Below, one piece after another: positions 59,931-64,000 of a stretch of 64,000 nucleotides of DNA. Below the pieces are notes generated by a model. The model was not told the DNA's origin. It saw only the letters and a list, made by a program, of their open reading frames with translations, and did not search any database. Each line of letters starts with the position of its first letter. Within the stretch, counting starts at the first letter, position 1. The DNA comes from Candidatus Bathyarchaeota archaeon. Lineage in GTDB: Archaea; Thermoproteota; Bathyarchaeia; Bathyarchaeales; Bathycorpusculaceae. The stretch lies in the NCBI GenBank assembly GCA_963827165.1, contig CAWGZR010000004.1, positions 32,001 through 96,000 of the forward strand. The letters are read 5' to 3'. The position numbers and the translations under genes are program-made.

Positions 59931-60083
59931 ATAGCAACAGAGAAAAAACTGAATAACGTTTTATGTCCAAAGTGTCCTTCTTGTGGTAGCGCTCGCCTTG
60001 AAGAAAATGAAGATATCATTAAGTGTCTTGACTGTGGCATGGGCACGTATAAGGAAGGTAAACATAAGTCAGGTTCGAGATAA
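59931..60083 (+). CDS. Zinc-ribbon microprotein (start uncertain)
   Basis: CPKCPSCGSARLEENEDIIKCLDCG. Confidence 0.5.
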   Translation: MATEKKLNNVLCPKCPSCGSARLEENEDIIKCLDCGMGTYKEGKHKSGSR

Positions 60084-60128
60084 TTACAAGAAAATGGCAT
60101 TTTCTTAGAGTTTGTTGGGTAGAGTGAT

Positions 60129-60293
60129 ATGGAAAACTTTGAGCGATTAAGTAATAAAATTCTAATTAGAACCTGCTATTGTGGCATAGTATTCAAAACA
60201 TATGACCCAAAAAAAGTGTACCATTCAAACAAATGTAGGATAATGTACGTTAGTGCAAAGACAGTAGGCATGATGCTCAAAGAAATGAAATGA
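60129..60293 (+). CDS. 54-aa Cys/His microprotein
   Basis: GAGTGA before ATG; RTCYCGIVFKTYDPKKVYHSNKC. Confidence 0.5.
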   Translation: MENFERLSNKILIRTCYCGIVFKTYDPKKVYHSNKCRIMYVSAKTVGMMLKEMK

Positions 60294-60454
60294 ACTGTAG
60301 CCAAGAGACTAAGAGTAAAGTTTTCTTTGAACTTTCTTCAATAGCTAAAATTGCACTTCCAAAAGTTTTCATATCCTGCCCCAAGTAAATCTTGGTGAAA
60401 CCGACTTCGGAATAGTCGCTAAGCGTAAGATTGAATATTCTTTGTTAATAATTA

Positions 60455-60592
60455 ACGAGGGGTAATTTTTCTTCTTATTTTTTCCTCTAACAGCATTATT
60501 TTCTTAGAATATTTTGACGAAGGGTAACTTTTCTTATATTTTTTTCTCCTAACGCTATTATTTTTGAGTAATTTAGCAGGGGGTAAGTTTTA
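60455..60592. repeat. Imperfect ~60-bp tandem repeat (2.3 units)
   Basis: Units start acgaggggtaa 60455, acgaagggtaa 60517, gcagggggtaa 60576. Confidence 0.6.
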
Positions 60593-60714
60593 CTGTACTT
60601 TTGACTCCTCATACCAATACCTACCTATAATGTACCTTAGTGACCTAGCTTACCTGCCCAAAAGCATTAACCAATGTTAATTTTTTTTAAACTAAAATTT
60701 AGCCCAACTATTCC

Positions 60715-60951
60715 TCAGGTTTTAATTTTTCTGATTCTGTCGTAGGATGCGAGGTAACCTTGTCCTTTCATTGTGGTGACATATTTGTCGTTGTTTTGCA
60801 TAAGCATACTTTGATTTGTGAGAATTGTCAAATATGATTCTGCTTGCACATCATTCAAACCTAACCTGTTCATAATTCTGCTCTTATCTTTTGATGTTTC
60901 GCAGAAACGGATGATATGAGGCACAATTCCTAATGTACCACTAAAAACCAT
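60715..60951 (-). CDS. Winged-helix regulator, divergent
   Basis: KSRIMNRLGLN...YL..L...YVTTMKG. Confidence 0.65.
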   Translation of the reverse strand: MVFSGTLGIVPHIIRFCETSKDKSRIMNRLGLNDVQAESYLTILTNQSMLMQNNDKYVTTMKGQGYLASYDRIRKIKT

Positions 60952-61298
60952 TCAGTTCACAAGATATTTGTGGGTTGGGTAGCAATTAAGCATGTGTGAC
61001 TGTTGAGCAACTGTAACAAGCGACCGTATACTCGATTCCGACTACTGAATATTCAAATTCTTTCAAGAATATCTTCTGCGCAAGTTGCATTAGCCGGACT
61101 ATATTTTTGGCGTCATCCGTGTGGTCAAACAACTCCAGCCTAGTAGCTTTAGCCAGTGACCATTTCGAAGTATTATGGGAAAGATCAATGAAAGTTACAC
61201 CTAACAAGATTTCTTGCGGAAATGCGTAGCTTGTTGCTATTTAGGATATAGTGATATCGCTTGAATGCAGTCAAAAGTTTCTTAAAACCTTGCGACTG

Positions 61299-62624
61299 TT
61301 ATTCAAATTTGGTTTTCTTGACGTTAATTATCAGCACAAGTAAAAATGTAACTGCTATGACGATTAATGCTCCTGCAACAACTCCATAAACTATCGGGAT
61401 CCAACTTGACCCAGAACTATGACCAGTCAAAGTCATGGCAGCCAGTGAATTAACAACCAAAGAGGGCACTTTTGCCCAGAGTTGGAGTTGAGATGAGGTT
61501 TCAGTCGTTGGCAAGCATATTGCGACGTGGTGGGTTGAATGGTGATAGGTGAAATAGATTTGTTGTGTGTTGCCGACTGTGGTGGCGGTGAAATTTACTT
61601 CGTGGTTATCCATGTAGATAGTTAAGCCTGAGGCGTCTGGCAGCAGGTTTTTGGAGATTGTTATGTTCATGTAGCCTGTTGTTCCTGATGGACCACTGAC
61701 ATTAAAGGAGAGCTCCTCTGGAGTCGAACTAAATGCAAAGGCTGAAACGGTTGAATTGGATTCGATTGAGAAGACAGTTTGGGTTTGGTTTGACCCTGAG
61801 GTCAATGTGGGTGTGGGTGTCGGTGTTATGGGGTTTGAAGTTTGTTGGACTGATATGAAGTCCATCTGGAAGCTACTCCAGCCCCACCAAGAACCCCAAT
61901 CAGCCATGTTTTGGGGTGATTGTGGCAGGTCAAAAATTGGGGGTTCGCCGATGAGAATCGTTGTGGGACGTATGTCTGATTGGGCGTGGGCAACTTGGAT
62001 TCCGTTCACGTAGACGGTGTAGGTTCCATTGATGTAGGCTAACTCGTAGGTTTGTTCAGGGGAAGAAGGCTTGAAACCTGAAATGTCGAGTTTGTAAACT
62101 TCCTGGTTTAGGAGTTCAATGTAAATGTTTGTTTCATTTGACATCCAAGTTCCTGTTGAAGAGTCATAGTTTACGTCTCCGTTGTCTGCTGCCCAAACAT
62201 CGAAAATCTTGTTTTGCCAACCGTTGATTGGATCCAAGGTTGGTGTTCCGTTTCCCAACATGATTCCGTCTCCCCAATCAGCGATACACGTGTACTGTAA
62301 CGTGAACTGCAAGACGAAGTCTCCGCTGGTTGGAAATGGATTGTTGACCGTTTGCAATAGTGGGAAAGCTGAGCCGTTACTTGACATGTAGAGATAACTG
62401 TTCGCGACTGTCACGTTGCCGCCGTAGGCGGGGTTCCCTGATAAATCAACGTTCTGCTGTTGCACTTCCCACTTGGAAGTATCTACAGAGGAGCCCATAA
62501 AATGGTCGGAAAAATAGGTTGAAGTTTGCCCTTGAGTTGGGTTGATAGAGGCTATAGCTGAAAAAGTCATTACAAATAGCAAAATTGAAACTGTGCATAT
62601 TTGGTGGAATTTCAATTGTTTCAT
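61299..62624 (-). CDS. Secreted LamG/ConA-like surface protein with C-terminal TM
   Basis: Signal peptide, DTSKW, YTVYVNG, SNSTVSAF...VSGPSGTTGY domain, TM. Confidence 0.7.
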   Translation of the reverse strand: MKQLKFHQICTVSILLFVMTFSAIASINPTQGQTSTYFSDHFMGSSVDTSKWEVQQQNVDLSGNPAYGGNVTVANSYLYMSSNGSAFPLLQTVNNPFPTSGDFVLQFTLQYTCIADWGDGIMLGNGTPTLDPINGWQNKIFDVWAADNGDVNYDSSTGTWMSNETNIYIELLNQEVYKLDISGFKPSSPEQTYELAYINGTYTVYVNGIQVAHAQSDIRPTTILIGEPPIFDLPQSPQNMADWGSWWGWSSFQMDFISVQQTSNPITPTPTPTLTSGSNQTQTVFSIESNSTVSAFAFSSTPEELSFNVSGPSGTTGYMNITISKNLLPDASGLTIYMDNHEVNFTATTVGNTQQIYFTYHHSTHHVAICLPTTETSSQLQLWAKVPSLVVNSLAAMTLTGHSSGSSWIPIVYGVVAGALIVIAVTFLLVLIINVKKTKFE

Positions 62625-63071
62625 CTAATATTTCGCATAAGTCCTTCCAATATAAGGTTATTCGTCAACGTTTGAGAGTGTGTGAAAACTCAAATTTCTC
62701 CGAAGAAGTTGAGTCGTATTTGTGTAAATCCCTTTACAATACAACTATTTTTCACATAAAACAATCATTTTTCTGAAATTGAAAATAGTTTTTACACAAC
62801 CTTGTTTCTTTACTCAGCTTTGTTTACATTTCTTGACTTGGGCTTTTGATGGCTAAAAAACAGTTACTGCGGTTGTAACTGTGAAGCATAGAGATCAGCA
62901 ACAAAATTTACAGACGTTTCCCGATTCCATTGCCCGAGTAGTCGGGTAAAATTACCAGACGAACTTACTCTGAAATGAGCGTGCGAAAACATAAGGGCTG
63001 CTTTTCTTATGCGAGCTCTGTTGAGAGGAACTGTTAAATACCAAATTGAGGGAAGTTTAATTTGACCTTTT

Positions 63072-63878
63072 ATGGAAACTTCAAATCAAATGGTAACTTT
63101 CAAATGTCCCGACGACGCCGACATGATAACTTACGTCGCTCACCCTAAACCCGAAGGACAATACCCAGCAATCCTAGTTGTCCACGAAGCATGGGGACTA
63201 AACCAACAGATTAAAGGCGTCTGCGACAGATACGCCAAGGAAGGCTTCACCTCTATTGCCCCGCATCTTTTCAGCCGCGACAAAGACCTAGCGGAACAAG
63301 CCATCGAGAAAGCCATGATGCAAATCTGGCGCATCCCTGCCGAAAAACGCAATGACCCAGCTGCAATCCAAGCCTTGATGGCGGGGCTTTCCGAAAATGA
63401 ACGCAAAATAGTAAACTTTTTCTTCACTGGACGTGAGGAAATGGAAAAAATCATGGCGGAAGACCTTCTTTGCTGTGTAAACTACGCCAAATCGTTGGAT
63501 TCTGTTGATGGGGAAAAACTGGGAATAACGGGTTTCTGCCTTGGAGGCGGATTGTCTTATCAGCTTGCAACCAGGTATCCATTTAATGCCGCTGTCCCTT
63601 TTTACGGTGCTAACCCCAAGCCGCTGGAAGAAGTTGCCAAAATCGCGGGTCCCGTATTTGGAATTTACGCTGGCGACGACCTAAGAATAACCGGCACGGT
63701 TCCGTCCTTGGTTGAGGCCATGATCGCTCACAAAAAAACTTTCCAAGTAAAAATCTACCAAGGAACCCAGCACGCCTTCTTCAACGAGAACAGACCCAGC
63801 TACAATAAAGAGGCAGCCGAAGACGCATGGGCAATGGCTGTGGCATTCTTCAACAAATACCTCAAGGCGACCAAATGA
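63072..63878 (+). CDS. Dienelactone hydrolase family protein
   Basis: HEAWGL, GFCLGG, HAFFNE. Confidence 0.92.
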   Translation: METSNQMVTFKCPDDADMITYVAHPKPEGQYPAILVVHEAWGLNQQIKGVCDRYAKEGFTSIAPHLFSRDKDLAEQAIEKAMMQIWRIPAEKRNDPAAIQALMAGLSENERKIVNFFFTGREEMEKIMAEDLLCCVNYAKSLDSVDGEKLGITGFCLGGGLSYQLATRYPFNAAVPFYGANPKPLEEVAKIAGPVFGIYAGDDLRITGTVPSLVEAMIAHKKTFQVKIYQGTQHAFFNENRPSYNKEAAEDAWAMAVAFFNKYLKATK

Positions 63879-64000
63879 GCACTAACCAAAAACAAAAAGA
63901 AGCCAGTCTGCTTTGGGACTGCTTCACCAACTGGTCGCAAACCCTCGAAACCCTAGAAAAAACCGCTGAGCAAAAAAAGAAAAACAATCTCTAGATACTT

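Overview
Archaeal genomic DNA, most likely Bathyarchaeia. This is inferred from NucS, an archaeal proteasome alpha subunit, TrmB regulators and several large secreted PQQ-like beta-propeller paralogs. The window is mostly accessory. The first 30 kb holds about ten intact or decayed type II toxin-antitoxin modules, including five in a row at 11.9-16.0 kb with a repeated ~110-bp spacer element, plus cell-surface and glycan genes. There are four paralogous ~900-aa beta-propeller surface-protein genes; two are divergent from TrmB regulators, two are followed by a conserved ~110-nt structured element and two have 5'-terminal hairpins. A decayed IS5-family element has clear TIRs and an 8-bp TSD. The best candidate for an undescribed system is the ~9 kb segment at 38.5-47.4 kb: it lies between intact nucS and a displaced degenerate copy of the nucS 3' end, and holds short membrane or secreted genes interleaved with orphan RHRKT anchor tails and recombinase-like TTGACT-N6/7-AGTCAA sites. 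At 54-61 kb an out-of-context proteasome alpha gene sits among unannotated Zn-finger microproteins. No CRISPR array, rRNA, complete tRNA or integrase was found. All family calls come from motif recognition by eye, not database searches.
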